A DNA stretch of 64,000 bases from Octopus bimaculoides. Taxonomy: Eukaryota. The notes beneath the pieces are model-generated. The model ran no database searches. It was not told the DNA's origin and saw only the letters and a list, made by a program, of their open reading frames with translations. Below are positions 1 to 12,200 of this stretch, in pieces (positions within the stretch are counted from its first letter, which is position 1; each line of letters begins with the position of its first letter). The stretch lies in the NCBI RefSeq assembly GCF_001194135.2, contig NC_068983.1, forward strand, positions 100,179,798-100,243,797, read 5' to 3'. Made by a program: the position numbers and the translations under genes.

Positions 1-53
<53 letters not shown>
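1..53. repeat. (TA)n-(CA)n compound microsatellite
   Basis: Directly visible dinucleotide runs. Confidence 0.95.
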
Positions 54-57
54 GTAC

Positions 58-126
58 GTGCAGGCATTGCTGTGTGGTAAGAAGCTTGCTTTCCAACCAC
101 ATGGTTCCAGGTTCAGTCCAACTGTG
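58..126 (+). mobile_element. 5' fragment of tRNA-derived SINE
   Basis: GCTGTGTGGTAAG A-box-like and GGTTCAGTCC B-box-like motifs; related heads at 44050-44190 (+) and 43410-43540 (-). Confidence 0.7.
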
Positions 127-711
127 TCTTGTTAGAGCAAAGAATATGGCATTATTAGCTTTGGGATCTATTGGTTAAAGGTATTCCAGCCTTAACTACT
201 GTCTTCTTAGGAGCAACTAGAATTACATTATTCCATGTATCATTCCACATTTTAAAACATTGAGATATGATTTGAAGATGATTTTTTTCGCAATTTCTAG
301 CAGCTCAAGTGATCAAGCAAAGGTCTTTTTCATTGGTGTTTGGTTGTTTTGTGATAAAAGTAAGTGTTAATCAGATTGTGATTGGTTGACATAGGAAAAC
401 TATGAGAAACGGGATGCAAAGCTTTTCCTATGTCACTTGCACAATACAAAGACTTGTGTTATCTTCATTTCTTTGCAAACATTTTTTATAGTCTTTGTTT
501 CTCAAGGAAGTGTTGAGTTTAAGTTAATCAATAATTATCATTTCTGCTAAATTATTATAACTGCTAAAAACTGCATATAAGTTCTCTAATTGTACAGTGT
601 TCCCTTCTTTCTCTCTCTCTCTTTCTCTCCTGTCCACCAACATGTCTCTCTTCCTTCTCTGTCAACACATAAATGTCACTATGATTCTTCTATGAAGATT
701 AGCAATATGAC

Positions 712-870
712 ACACACTGTGGAGGTCGTTGGTGTTAAGGGTATCCTTCCATAACAACCATGCCAAAACAGATACTAAAGCCTGGTGCAGTGTTCTGCCA
801 AGCTAGCTGCTGTCAAACCGTCCAACCCATGCCAGCATGGAAAACAGATGTTAAATGATGATGATGATAA
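712..870 (+). mobile_element. short RTE-tail retroposon copy
   Basis: Ends ...CCAACCCATGCCAGCATGGAAAACAGATGTTAAATGATGATGATG, the same 3' end as the long RTE at 59870-62440. Confidence 0.8.
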
Positions 871-1141
871 TGTGTGCATGCTTTCATCCTTTCTACCAGT
901 GACAAAGACAGAAGGGATGAAAACTGATACCAGAATGTTGAAACTAGAAGGAGATGAAAAACAGCCATGATAAATACCAAGATGTAATGCTTGAGAAGAC
1001 ACATCCAACTTGTGCAAGCATGGAGAAACAGATATGATGATGTTCACTTAATTCATATTAATTCAAGTTCTTGAATAATTTTTATAAACTTTTACAAAAG
1101 AATATTCTCTCAAAACAAAACTGCTAGTATCAAGCTTTATA

Positions 1142-2340
1142 TCAGGTCATTAAGAATGAAACATCTGGTTTTCTTATGCACCAAGTTTGACAGTCGTTAA
1201 CTTTGTTTTATCCTGAAAATTCATCGCTTTTCAAAATGCAATTCATGGTGTCTGATTATATTGTGAGTTTTCTCTTGAAAATCAATTTTTGTGAACTCAT
1301 GAATAGATCAAAATTTCGTGTTGTTTATAAATATGAGTTCCATCATGGAACCAATGCGTCCCAGACACCTTGAAGCATCAATGAGGTGTTTGGTGAAGAT
1401 GTGGTGAATGAGCACACTGTACATCGATGGTTTGAGAAGTTCTGGTTCGGTGACTTTATTCTTGAAAATTAGCCCCGTGGTAGATCTGAGACCAAGGTCA
1501 ATAATGATGTGCTGGAAACTGCAGTGGAAGCAGATACATCTCAAACTATGCGTGAATTAGCAGCAAGGTTTGATGTTTCGATTCCAACTGTATCGGGTCA
1601 TCTGAAACAAATTGGCAAGGTAAAGAAGCTGGACAAGTGGGTACCACATGAACTGAATGAGGGTCAAATTTCACGTCGTCTTGAAACTTGCTGTTCTTTG
1701 CTGTCACAGCATAAAAGCAAACCATTTTTGCATTATATTGTTATGTGATGAAAAATAGATTCTTTTCAACAATAGCATACATTCTACACAGTGGCTGGAT
1801 AGAGATGAAGTGCCAAAACACAATCCAAAAAAGAATATTCACCAAAAAAAAGCTAATGGTGTCTGTTTGGTGGTCCAGCGAGAGAGCTGGTAAGTCAATT
1901 ACAGCAGATGTATACATCAACCATTTGTATAAAATGATAAGTGAACTTGAAATTAAACAACTAAGATTGGTCAATAGAGACAGGCCAATTCTTTTCCACA
2001 TGTTGCACAAAGAACACTACTCAAGTTACAGGAACTGAACTTGAAAGTACTTTGTCATCCACCATGTTCACCAGACCTTGCACCAACTGATTATCATGCT
2101 TTCCAAGAATTAGACAACATTTTGCAAGGAAAAAACTTCAAATCTCAAGATGCAAAAACGGCCTTTCATGATTTTATCACCTCCTGTTCTCCAGAATTCT
2201 TCACTGCCAGCATAAGTAAGCTACCGATAAAATGGCAAAATTGTGTTGATAATTTAGGTGCATACGGCATTGCTTTTTGTTGAGATAAAGTAAAATGAAC
2301 TTTCAATTCAAAATTGGACATTTCATTATTAATGACCTGA
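1142..2340 (+). mobile_element. full-length decayed mariner (Tc1/mariner) DNA transposon
   Basis: TIRs TCAGGTCATTAAGAATGAAAC / revcomp TCAGGTCATTAATAATGAAAT, TA on both flanks; broken transposase with WVPHEL (ORF 1509-1748) and HPPCSPDLAPTDY (ORF 2041-2283); stops and frameshifts. Confidence 0.92.
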
Positions 2341-2710
2341 TAGTTTTTATACTATTGTTTTATTTCATTAATGACAAACTATAACTCCTGTGTCTATTCA
2401 ATGTCTAACTTTAAAAAAATTAAAAGGTCAAAACCTATAGAAGCTAAAGAATAGTTTCTGATTTAGTTACAAGGTCAACAATTTTGAGGGGATGGGGAGC
2501 AATCTATGGTATCATCCCTAGTACTGACTGGTACTTTATTTTTATCAACTCCCAGAGAGATGAAAAATTCCCTAGGATCAATAAATGGGGAGGTTTTATG
2601 GTTAGCTGCCCATTCCAAAGTGAATTACAGAATGTAGAGAAAAATTTTATTTATTTACCCTGTATAATAGTTTTTTGCCCTGTCGTTACTATCAACAGTT
2701 TTACACTTAC

Positions 2711-5700
2711 TTGAAATAAGCTTTTGATTTCTGCTGCAAGCATATCATTGTTCTCATCTTCTTCACAGACATAAAAATTCCAGCTAAGCTTCTGGCGTTT
2801 TCTCTTTATCTGCTCAGCAACAAAATTCCAACTTTTGCAAACTCTGAAAATTTGAAACAAATACCAAAGGAAGATAGAATGTGTTCATAAAATTGATTTT
2901 ATTATCCATCAATTAGATTCCTTATAATTGACGACTATATTAAACTGGGGCTCTAAAGAGAGAAGTAGCTGAGTAGTCTGGATAGAATTAAAATATAAAC
3001 AGAAAGTTGTAATACAACTGACACATATATAAAAAGAACGAATGAGGGAGTCTCTATATGGTCAATGGACCTGCTAGAAACAGAAGCCACATCACTCTCA
3101 TATCTAACAATCTAAAAAAAAGTACACTTTGCTCAGTGTAGTCTGGGTTACATTATTTACAAATGAAAAAAGGATGGTCAATAGTTTGAATGCCTTTTAT
3201 TATTAGTGAAAGCAATGTGTATAACTGTTAACATGTTCAAGGCAGAGAGCAAAATATGTGATAGTGACTATGACTGTTCAAATTGTAGACTCTGACTTTA
3301 ATTACATTCAAGGTTATGGTAACTAGTAATACTTGTAAACACAACAAATAACTAGCTGCTATTCAGTAAACCTTGTTATTGAATGATTTTAAAAGGAAAT
3401 GTATAAATCAAGCTTATTGACTGAAAGTGGAATAATAATGGATGTTATGAATCTGAGAAGGATAAAGAAAAATGCACTGAATTCGGCCCTAGTGGACTTT
3501 AATAGGAAAACCAGTTTAGAGTGGTAGTATCAGTCAAGACAATGAAAACTAAACTGAATGATTTAACTTTTCTAGTTTGCTATTTAATTCTCAGAGTTAC
3601 TTTAGCTTTCATTCGTTAAGGCTAATAAATCAAATTATCAATAATATGCACACAATGCTTCAATCAGCTCTATTCATTTTCAACAAAAATTGATGTCATG
3701 TCTAATTAAAATATATCAGTATCATATTTATTAAAACGATAATTTTTCAGGTTACTAACTCTTATAAATAATTCATTTCGAAACTTCAGACATTTTATGA
3801 ATAATATGAATGTTAAATATCAACCAATGAGGAAAGCTTACAATACAGTATGAAATTGAACTTTCATTTAAACTGACAACAATGTTCACATTACCATCAA
3901 AAGATAACAATTAAGTAATGTGGTCAATGAAATTCAGTTCTCCATCCATATTTACATAGGTTCCATTCCTGAATTCACAGGTTACTGGTTGGCAGTAATA
4001 AGAGTATACAGTTATAAAAACAATTGCTGCAACAAAAGCTCATCTACAAATACAAGCATGGAAAAAAATAGATTTTAAATAATGTATCACAGAAATATAG
4101 GGTTATATCAAAATTATGCATACTAAAAAGAAAATTTACATTTCAAATATTTTAAACATAAAATTTAGGAATTAAACTGACATCTTTACAAGTATTTTTT
4201 CACCAACATGGATAGATTAAATTATCTATAGATTAAATTATCTATTTGCTGGTGTTGTGTACACAGTTTTATGTAGTAGGCCTTAACATACCTAAGAAAA
4301 TAATATTTTTGATAAACTAACACACTGCAGTCCAGTGGCTATAGCATGATCTGCAATTCTAAAGATATTGATTAACAGCTTCTTGAACACCTGTAACTAA
4401 ACAGTTCTGTTTGATAAAATGCAATCTTCACTAACAAAGTAGTTTGTTCAGCATGCAATATATCTATCTCCATTTTCCCTTCCCTTCCTTATAGATTCAT
4501 GTGTAGGTCAAGAAAATTACTCTGACCCTTCCTACTGTTCTTTCTATTGGTTCACCTGAGAGTGAAGCAGCATTTGAGGCAGCTAAAGGTCCCTGTCATT
4601 TGTCATTGCCTCCATTGGGCCTCACGGAGGCAATGACAAATGACTGAGACCTTAGGCAATATGCTATGCTTGAGTAGAAGGCTCATCAAGTCAAGTGAAA
4701 TTGCAGTCGTGGACGATACTGGTGTCACGCAACTGGCACTTGTGCCAGTGACAAGTAAAAGCACCCATTACACTCGAAGTGGTTGGCATTGGGAAGGACA
4801 ACCAGCCATAGAATCCATGTCAAATCAGACCAGAGTCTGGTGCAGCCCTTCAGCTTACCAGTCCTGGTCAAACCGTCCAACCAATGCCAGCATGGGCAAC
4901 GGACGTTAAATGATGATCTATATATATAAAGGTAAAGACTCCCTTCAGTCATGAATGACCATGGGATTGCACCTAGAAAGTTACCTCTGAAGTACAAGTT
5001 CAGACGACATTGTTTATGGAAGGCCAGCAGTCGCCCATGCATACCAGCTTCCCTTCTCCACGCCACTGATGTTACCTAAGCCAGAGGGAAATGCCGATAC
5101 AGCTTGGCACTAGTGACGTCGCAACTCATTTCTACAGCTGAATGAACTGGAGCAACGTGAAATAAGGTGTCTTACGTCGAACTCACTACCTCATGATTGT
5201 GAGTCCGACGCTCTAACCACCGAGTTATGCACCTTATATATGTGTGTGTGTGTGTGTGTATCATCAGTAAATCATAAATCCGGAAACCCCATAGACCGGC
5301 CATATCTATCTTTCTATCGATAAATAGATAGATTTTGTACAGTAAGATTAATATTTGTCTCCTCTTTAACGTAATTGGTCTGAGAACAATGCCAATTCAC
5401 TTTACACTGATCCACATTATTGGTTATCTTTGAAACGCTGACTCTGAGAAGTAAGCATCAACGTGACCCTTTGAACTGCTAAAAGTAATAGACAAATTTC
5501 CTCCTCTCAAATCACACATTATCATCTTTGAAAAGGAAGGATACAATAGACAGTGTAACCTTGGATGCATTATCCAAAACTAAGATGGGATAGTCACAGT
5601 TGGAATGGTTTGATCATAGGTATGCTCAATCAGAGTTAATAACTTTCCAGCTCTTCTATGTGATTACCTCTTGAGTCTCTATTATTATCAACTGCAAATG

Positions 5701-6229
5701 AATTTTTTTCTAAATATATTTTTATAAAGCTGAATATCTTTACGAAATTGACTAAATTTTGTCCGAGTAAATTTAAGTTATTTAAAAGAGAAAAATAATA
5801 GACAACTGTAAGTTTTGTTGTTGACAAGTTCGTTTTAGACCGACAAATGAAAGGCAAACTTACCGCGCCAAACATTATTACACTGGAGAAACAAACTGTA
5901 AACTAACTATATTGATTAACCTGTAACCATATTTTCGTGGAGGGTAAAACAACTCAATCATTTTACCGGGAAGGAAAATATATGAGCTTTAAATGCACAC
6001 GCATGGAAGACACAGGAGCCAGATGATTTGTAATAAGAGGATAAAAATTCGTACTATATATACATAATCATTGGATACAGAAAGGATATGTTGAATATTT
6101 AATAATTACAAACCTTGCACATGAGTTAAGAGTTTTCGCTGGAAGGAAAGACAAGACTTTCTTAGTAATGAGAGGGATTTTAGTAAGCACAAAGCCCGCT
6201 GAACTACACGTTTTAGAGCAATCGACCAT
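2711..6229 (-). CDS. FBXO22: F-box only protein 22-like, 5' partial (coding exons 6229-6114 and 2843-2711; gene continues beyond the left edge)
   Basis: Spliced translation MVDCSKTCSSAGFVLTKIPLITKKVLSFLPAKTLNSCAR|VCKSWNFVAEQIKRKRQKLSWNFYVCEEDENNDMLAAEIKSLFQ. This is an F-box (VLSFLPAKxL..RVCxxW) resembling the FBXO22 N-terminus as I recall it (VLTFLPAKALLRVACVCRLW). Phase-2 junction AG|gtttgt ... ttttcag|A is consistent; exon 2 ends CAA|gtaagt. Confidence 0.8.
4590..4918 (+). mobile_element. 5'-truncated RTE 3' end with inverted duplication at its 5' junction
   Basis: Encodes GLTEAMTN-like RTE C-terminus, then the shared tail ending TTAAATGATGAT; 19-bp perfect inverted repeat 4595-4613/4626-4644. 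Confidence 0.75.
4930..5235 (-). mobile_element. tRNA-derived SINE
   Basis: Minus strand begins GGTGCATAACTCGGTGGTTAGAGCGTCGGACTCACAATCATGAGGTAGTGAGTTCGA (A/B-box tRNA head), followed by a non-tRNA body. Confidence 0.7.
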
Positions 6230-7580
6230 TTTGGAGCTCTTCAGTGGAGGAAAGAAAATAAGAATAAAGTCCGCGAAAGAAAATACCTGTACGACAGTCT
6301 TCTTGGTGAAAAGTTTTTAAATTAACACTATGTTTCGTAATTTGATTCGTTTCATCTCTCCGAAATATCAGTTACAGTAAATTACTATGGTTTTAAAACA
6401 AAGCCGGTCTCTATCGTTCGCACAAAACTTTGTCATTTGTTTTAAAACATCTGACTTGTTTATATTCTGTTTCCGCATTCACTGGGTCAAACAAAACGGT
6501 TATTGGTTGTTGTTTAACCCAGGCCAGCACTCTGATCAAGTAGACTTATGAGCAAAAGGCATTCTAGTCTGTGTCCTTCTCATATATTTTATCTTTCAGA
6601 TTCAATGTATCTTGGATGATATTATCCAATGTGTTCTTGTTTAAAGACAATAGGGCGTGGTATGAAGATTTGGCTATTTCTAGTAAATGAGGAGTGCTCA
6701 GAAGAAATAAGAAATATGCACAAGTTTATTGAAACGTTTTCCGCTGTCTAAATTACAAATTATACTTAGAATGACTTGCTTAAGTACTTGATTAAACACA
6801 GATTATTAGTTCGAAGAGTTTCACTTCATTTTATTCATACGGGAAAATAAAATAAAATTTTTAGCATGTTATGGTACGAGATGTCAACAGTTTAAGACAA
6901 AAATGTGAATAGGTCAACTGGCAAAGTAGTTGTTTTAGCATTGTCAGGAAGATTTGTCCCTGTGTTATTGTTGTTGTTTAACCCCTGGTCTCAGCTGACC
7001 TACGATATAAGGAGTCCCAACCGCGATCATCGCATTTCTTTAGGGTCTAAACTCTGACTATCCCTCCATTGTCTCTCCATTTTCAAAGTGAAAAATGATT
7101 TAAGAATAATTTCCTGCTATATATATCAGGTCAAACAGCTTCGTAAAAACATATCTACAATCCACCAAAACACCATCTTACTCAATCTAGACTAAAATAC
7201 AGATCATATACAAAAATAGCAGAAACATTAATAGTCTTCAATAGACCCAAACACTGTAGCCCACAATGGAATTACTACTATTGTGCTCTGACAGTTCCCA
7301 TTTACTCAATTCTGCTGTGGCCACCACCAGAATTTACAGGTGAGCTAATGAGGGAGCATCTATATATTGGCTGGACTAGCTAGAAATAGCAGCCAAGTTT
7401 TCTTTAAAAAAATATTTTATTCACATTCACTTGCATAAATATATTACCTATTCATAATTTCACAATTTGCAAAAAGCTAAAAATACTGTATAATGCTCAC
7501 TAAAAGTTACTGCAATGTTATTAAGTCAATTACTCTCAACTTCATTAAAACTAGGGATTTTAATATTGTCTTATGCTGAA

Positions 7581-7750
7581 GTGGTGAGTTGGCAGAATCA
7601 ATAGCACACCTGGCAAAAAGCTAAGCAGCATTTCATTCGGTTTTTAGATTCTGTGTTCAAATTCTACTGAGGTCGACTTTGCCTTTCTTCTTTTGGGGGT
7701 CAACTTATCCCCTCCCTGAAATTCCTAGGTTTGTACCAAAATTTGAAACA
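7581..7750 (+). mobile_element. tRNA-derived SINE with GGTCGACTTTGCCTTTC central domain (Meta-domain-like)
   Basis: Same family at 14750-14940(-), 28580-28795(+), 30262-30420(+), 45620-45830(+). The Meta-domain label is from memory. Confidence 0.75.
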
Positions 7751-8489
7751 AATATTAGATCATTCTCTAATGGTAAAAGAATCTATTGAATTATTCAAGA
7801 GTTCTGCTAAATTATTGATAACTGATAATCGATTATCCATTCATTGTTGTTTAACCCCCAGTGAACCCTAAAACTTATGATCAAAGCATTCAAACTAAGA
7901 CTATATTATGTCCCCTTACTTTTTCGAGATGAGGTGTAATTTGAGATTTGACTGCTATTTCTAGCAGATCAAGTGACCTAGAGATTCTACTCTGTGCATA
8001 CCAGCATATTATTACCCTGTGTTCTTCCTCTGTACTCCTATACTGTAATGTCTTCATATTTTCTGACCGAACCCACCTTAACCCATCAGCCTCTCTTTCT
8101 CTTTCACCTACTACTCTCATCTTTCTAAACAGTTAATAATTATTCCTCTCTAGAACTACTCTCACATAGAACTTTCCAACTATTATTCTGACAAGCATTT
8201 AACCCCCATCAGCCCTGAGCATAAGATAGCAAGTGTCTATACCCGATCCCCAGAACACATGAAAGCACACATTTCAAATAAAAAAAAATTGACTGTAAAC
8301 TATAAAACAGAAACACTTAAGAATTGAGGATATTGTTTGAAATTGCCAACCTGTGAATTTAATACCAATATTGCATCACCTGTACCTACTGTCAGATAAC
8401 TGAGAATCATGTCTATGTTTGAAGAACATCCTCATCAGTTTCCACTTGCTTGAGATCCTAAAATCAAGGTGCCACATAAAAAGCATTGG

Positions 8490-8650
8490 TGCAGGTACTG
8501 GTGCTATGTGGAAAGCACTCAGTACACTCTGCAGAGTGTTTGGCATTAGGAAGGGCATCAGCTGTAGAAACCAAGCCAAAACAGACTATGGAACCTGGTG
8601 CAGCCCAGTCCAACCCATGCCAGTATGGAAAACAGACATTGATGATGAGG
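8490..8650 (+). mobile_element. short RTE-tail retroposon copy
   Basis: TTGGCATTAGGAAGGGCATCAGCTGTAGAAAC ... CCAACCCATGCCAGTATGGAAAACAGACATT-GATGATGAG tail. Confidence 0.75.
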
Positions 8651-9260
8651 AGGAGTTGTCTTTCATCCTCAGCTAAGTCATTCTCAAGACACATTTGATC
8701 AAATTCCCGTTGATCACCAGAATCTTCTAAAATTTGCAATTAAAAACAATATATACCTTTGTCTTTTCTCTGCAGAATTGTTCAGCTGTGGTGAGTAAAC
8801 TGGAAGAAATACTCAAAACAACACCTAAAATAGTGATATCTGTCAGCAGACATTTGTAAACAGCCTAATTCTGCATGTCACCTATTTTTATTCTGACCAA
8901 CTTAATTAGAGGCCAAATACAAGATCATACATTTTGGAAGAGAAAGTATAATCAAATAGATCAATCCCATTTTTGATTCATATGTCAACTTGAGCATGAT
9001 TTGAACTCCATGTTAAGGTATTTAACTCCATGGTTTTAGCAATTCACTATCCTTTAAATAACAAATGATAAAAAACATTTTTTCCATCCAACACTTATCT
9101 ATATTACATATCCATAACAAAGAGCCTGTATGTTGTCTATACTACAGGTAGATAAATATGAGATACAATTATTAGATCATAAATGAAGTCTGTAGATTTT
9201 ACATATTTTATTAAAAATATACATTGGTATATCACACATCTTTAGTATTTCTAAAGCTTC

Positions 9261-12200
9261 CTATTCTTGCCAGTCTGGTGCAGCCCAATCAGGTAGAATA
9301 GTTCTGTATTCCCAGTCAGGACCCTGCACAAAAAAAAAAAAAAACGAAAAAATGAAGGAACACAATAATTCTCAAAATTACAAGAAAATAAAATGATTAC
9401 AAATATTGGGTCATCCCATAAATAATGTGGTTTTTATAATTGCATGAACTAAAAGTTAGAGGAAGACAGGATAAACTACCTGCATCAACTTGCTATAAAA
9501 GCAGGTAATAATTTTACCTTGTCCTTACTCTTAGTGCAAGTTTTGAAGAGTGCAGTTCAATTTCAACAGTTATTTTTTCAAAGCTATAATGGAAGTGACA
9601 AAGGAGCATATTCAGTATATTTTGCTTTATGAGTTCAAAAGGCAACAATGCAATGGAAAGTGCAAGGAATATGGGGATATGGGGATCGGACAATAAGCGT
9701 AAGCCAGTGTCAATGGTGGTTCCAGAAATTCTGAGCTGGAAACTACAGCCTAGAAGACAATCCTTGTCCTAGAAGATCTGTAGAGCTCAACAAGAACATC
9801 CTGCAAACTCTGATGGAACAAAATCCCATTGTAACTGTTGAGAAACTAACATAGAAGCTTGGATTTGGTCATTCAACCATTCAATGCCTTCGGAAAAGTC
9901 AGCAAATTGGATCAATAGGTTTCTCACAAACTTTCCGAGTCTAATCACACACAGAGTGAATGTGTGCTCTTCTTTCCTGTCACATCTCACAAATGAACCT
10001 TTTCTGAAGTGAATGGTGATGAGAAATGGGTTCTCTATAAAAATGTCAAGTGCCAAAGACAATGGGTAGGGAAAGGAGAAACACCTGCACTCCAGGCCAA
10101 AGAATTTACCCACATAAGGTGTTGTTGTCTGTTTGGTGGGATATAAAAGATTTAGTCCACTTTGAACTTCTAAACCTAAACCAAATGATAACAAAGGAGA
10201 TCTACTGTGAGCAGCTTGAGCGGCTTAAGTCAGCACTGGAAGAAAAACGAACAGCTTTGGTTTCAAGACAAAAGGTGTTCGTCCATCAGGATAATGCTCG
10301 GCTACATACAGCAAGGATGACATTCCAAGGGCTGGAACTGTTTGAATGGGAAACGATGCTCCACCCATCATATTCGCCAGACATTGCCCCATCTGATTAT
10401 CATTTATACCATAGTCTTCAAAATCATTTGGATGGAAAAATATGAATTCTGTAGACAAGATCAGAACAGTATTGGAGGAGTATTTTTCATCATAGACAAG
10501 TGAATTTTGGAAGAGGGGCCTTGCAAGTCTACCAGATAGATGGAAGAACATTTTAAAAAATGAAGGCGAGTATATTTTAGACTAAAAAAGAACTTTGTTT
10601 ATCTTAATTTTGAAAAATAAGAGAAGTATATCATTACCGCAATATTTATGAAATGACCTACTATATATATGTATATATTGGCAGAGATACTGCTCTGGGT
10701 GAAAATGGCATATATTTTTTTATTGTTTCGGTTATGTGACTACAGCAATACTGGAGCACCGATTTCAGTCGGGACATCAACCCCTGCATTTCTTCTTTCT
10801 AAGCCTAGTAGTTATACTATCAGTATGTTTTGCCAAATGGCTAGGTTACGGAAACGTAAATAAAGCAAGATCGGTTGTCAAGCGATGGTGAGAGTACACA
10901 CACACACACACATTCATATAGTGGAGGGGCAATGGCCCAGTGATTAGGGCAGTGGATTCACAGTCATAGGATCACAGTTTTGGTTCCCAGACCAGGTGTT
11001 GTGAGTGTTTATTCAGTGAAAACACTTAAAGTTCCATGAGGGTTTGGCAGGGGGTGGTGGCAAACCCTGCTGTACTCTTTCACCACAACTTTCTGTTTCT
11101 GTTTCTGTTGTACCTGTTATTCAATTTAAAACCAAGTGGCCTAGCATATAAACAAATCTGAAAATTCAGAAAAAATTGTATTACCCGTGTATAAGGGATG
11201 ACCATTAGGTGTATATATATGTGTATATATATATATATATATATNNNNNNNNNNGTAGTTGATAGTTTCTGCTATCTAGGTGACCAAGTTAGTAGTGGGG
11301 GAGGGTGCGCTGAAAGTGTAGCTGCTAGAATAAGAATAACTTGGGCCAAGTTTAGAGAGCTCTTACCTCTGCTGTTGATAAAGGGCCTCTCTCTCAGAGT
11401 AAAAGGCAGATTGTATGATGCATGTGTACAAACAGCCATGCTACATTGCAGTGAAACATGGGCCGTGACTGCTGAGAACATGCGTAAGCTCACAAGAAAT
11501 AAAGCCAATATGCTCCGATGGATGTGTAATGTTAGTGTGCATACTCAACAGAGTGTAAGTACCTTGAGAGAAAAGTTGAACCTAAGAAGCATCAGTTGTG
11601 GTGTGCAAGAGAGACGATTGCGCTGGTATGGACATGTGGCGAGAATGGATGAGGATAGCTGTGTGAAAAAGTGCCACACCCTAGCAGTTGAGGGAACCTG
11701 TGGAAGAGGCAGGCCCAGGAAGACCTTGGATGATGTGGTGAAGCACGAACTCCGAACATTGGGCTTCACTAAGGCAATGACTAGTGACCGAAACCTTTGG
11801 AAATATGCTGTGCGTGAGAAGACCCAGCAAGCCAAGTGAGACCAAAATCCAAGACCTCTGCCAGGGATGTAGCCAGCCCACTTATGCATACCTTTCCTTC
11901 ATTGGACACGAAACTCCGCTTGCGAAGACCTGTTGAGGCAAGTGAAATCAAAATCNNNNNNNNNNNNNNNNNNNNNNNNNNNNNNNNNNNNNNNNNNNNN
12001 NNNNNNNNNNNNNNNNNNNNNNNNNNNNNNNNNNNNNNNNNNNNNNNNNNNNNNNNNNNNNNNNNNNNNNNNNNNNNNNNNNNNNNNNNNNNNNNNNNNN
12101 NNNNNNNNNNNNNNNNNNNNNNNNNNNNNNNNNNNNNNNNNNNNNNNNNNNNNNNNNNNNNNNNNNNNNNNNNNNNNNNNNNNNNNNNNNNNNNNNNNNN

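Noticed and set aside
4211-4244. 16-bp tandem duplication ATAGATTAAATTATCT
   Set aside because: Simple slippage duplication in AT-rich intron sequence.
5315-5322. Perfect DRE-like TATCGATA
   Set aside because: A single 8-mer ~800 nt inside intron 1; insufficient evidence of function.
6239-6286. Possible 48-nt 5' UTR intron in FBXO22 (CAG|GTATTT ... GAAG|)
   Set aside because: Shorter than usual metazoan introns and unsupported without transcripts.
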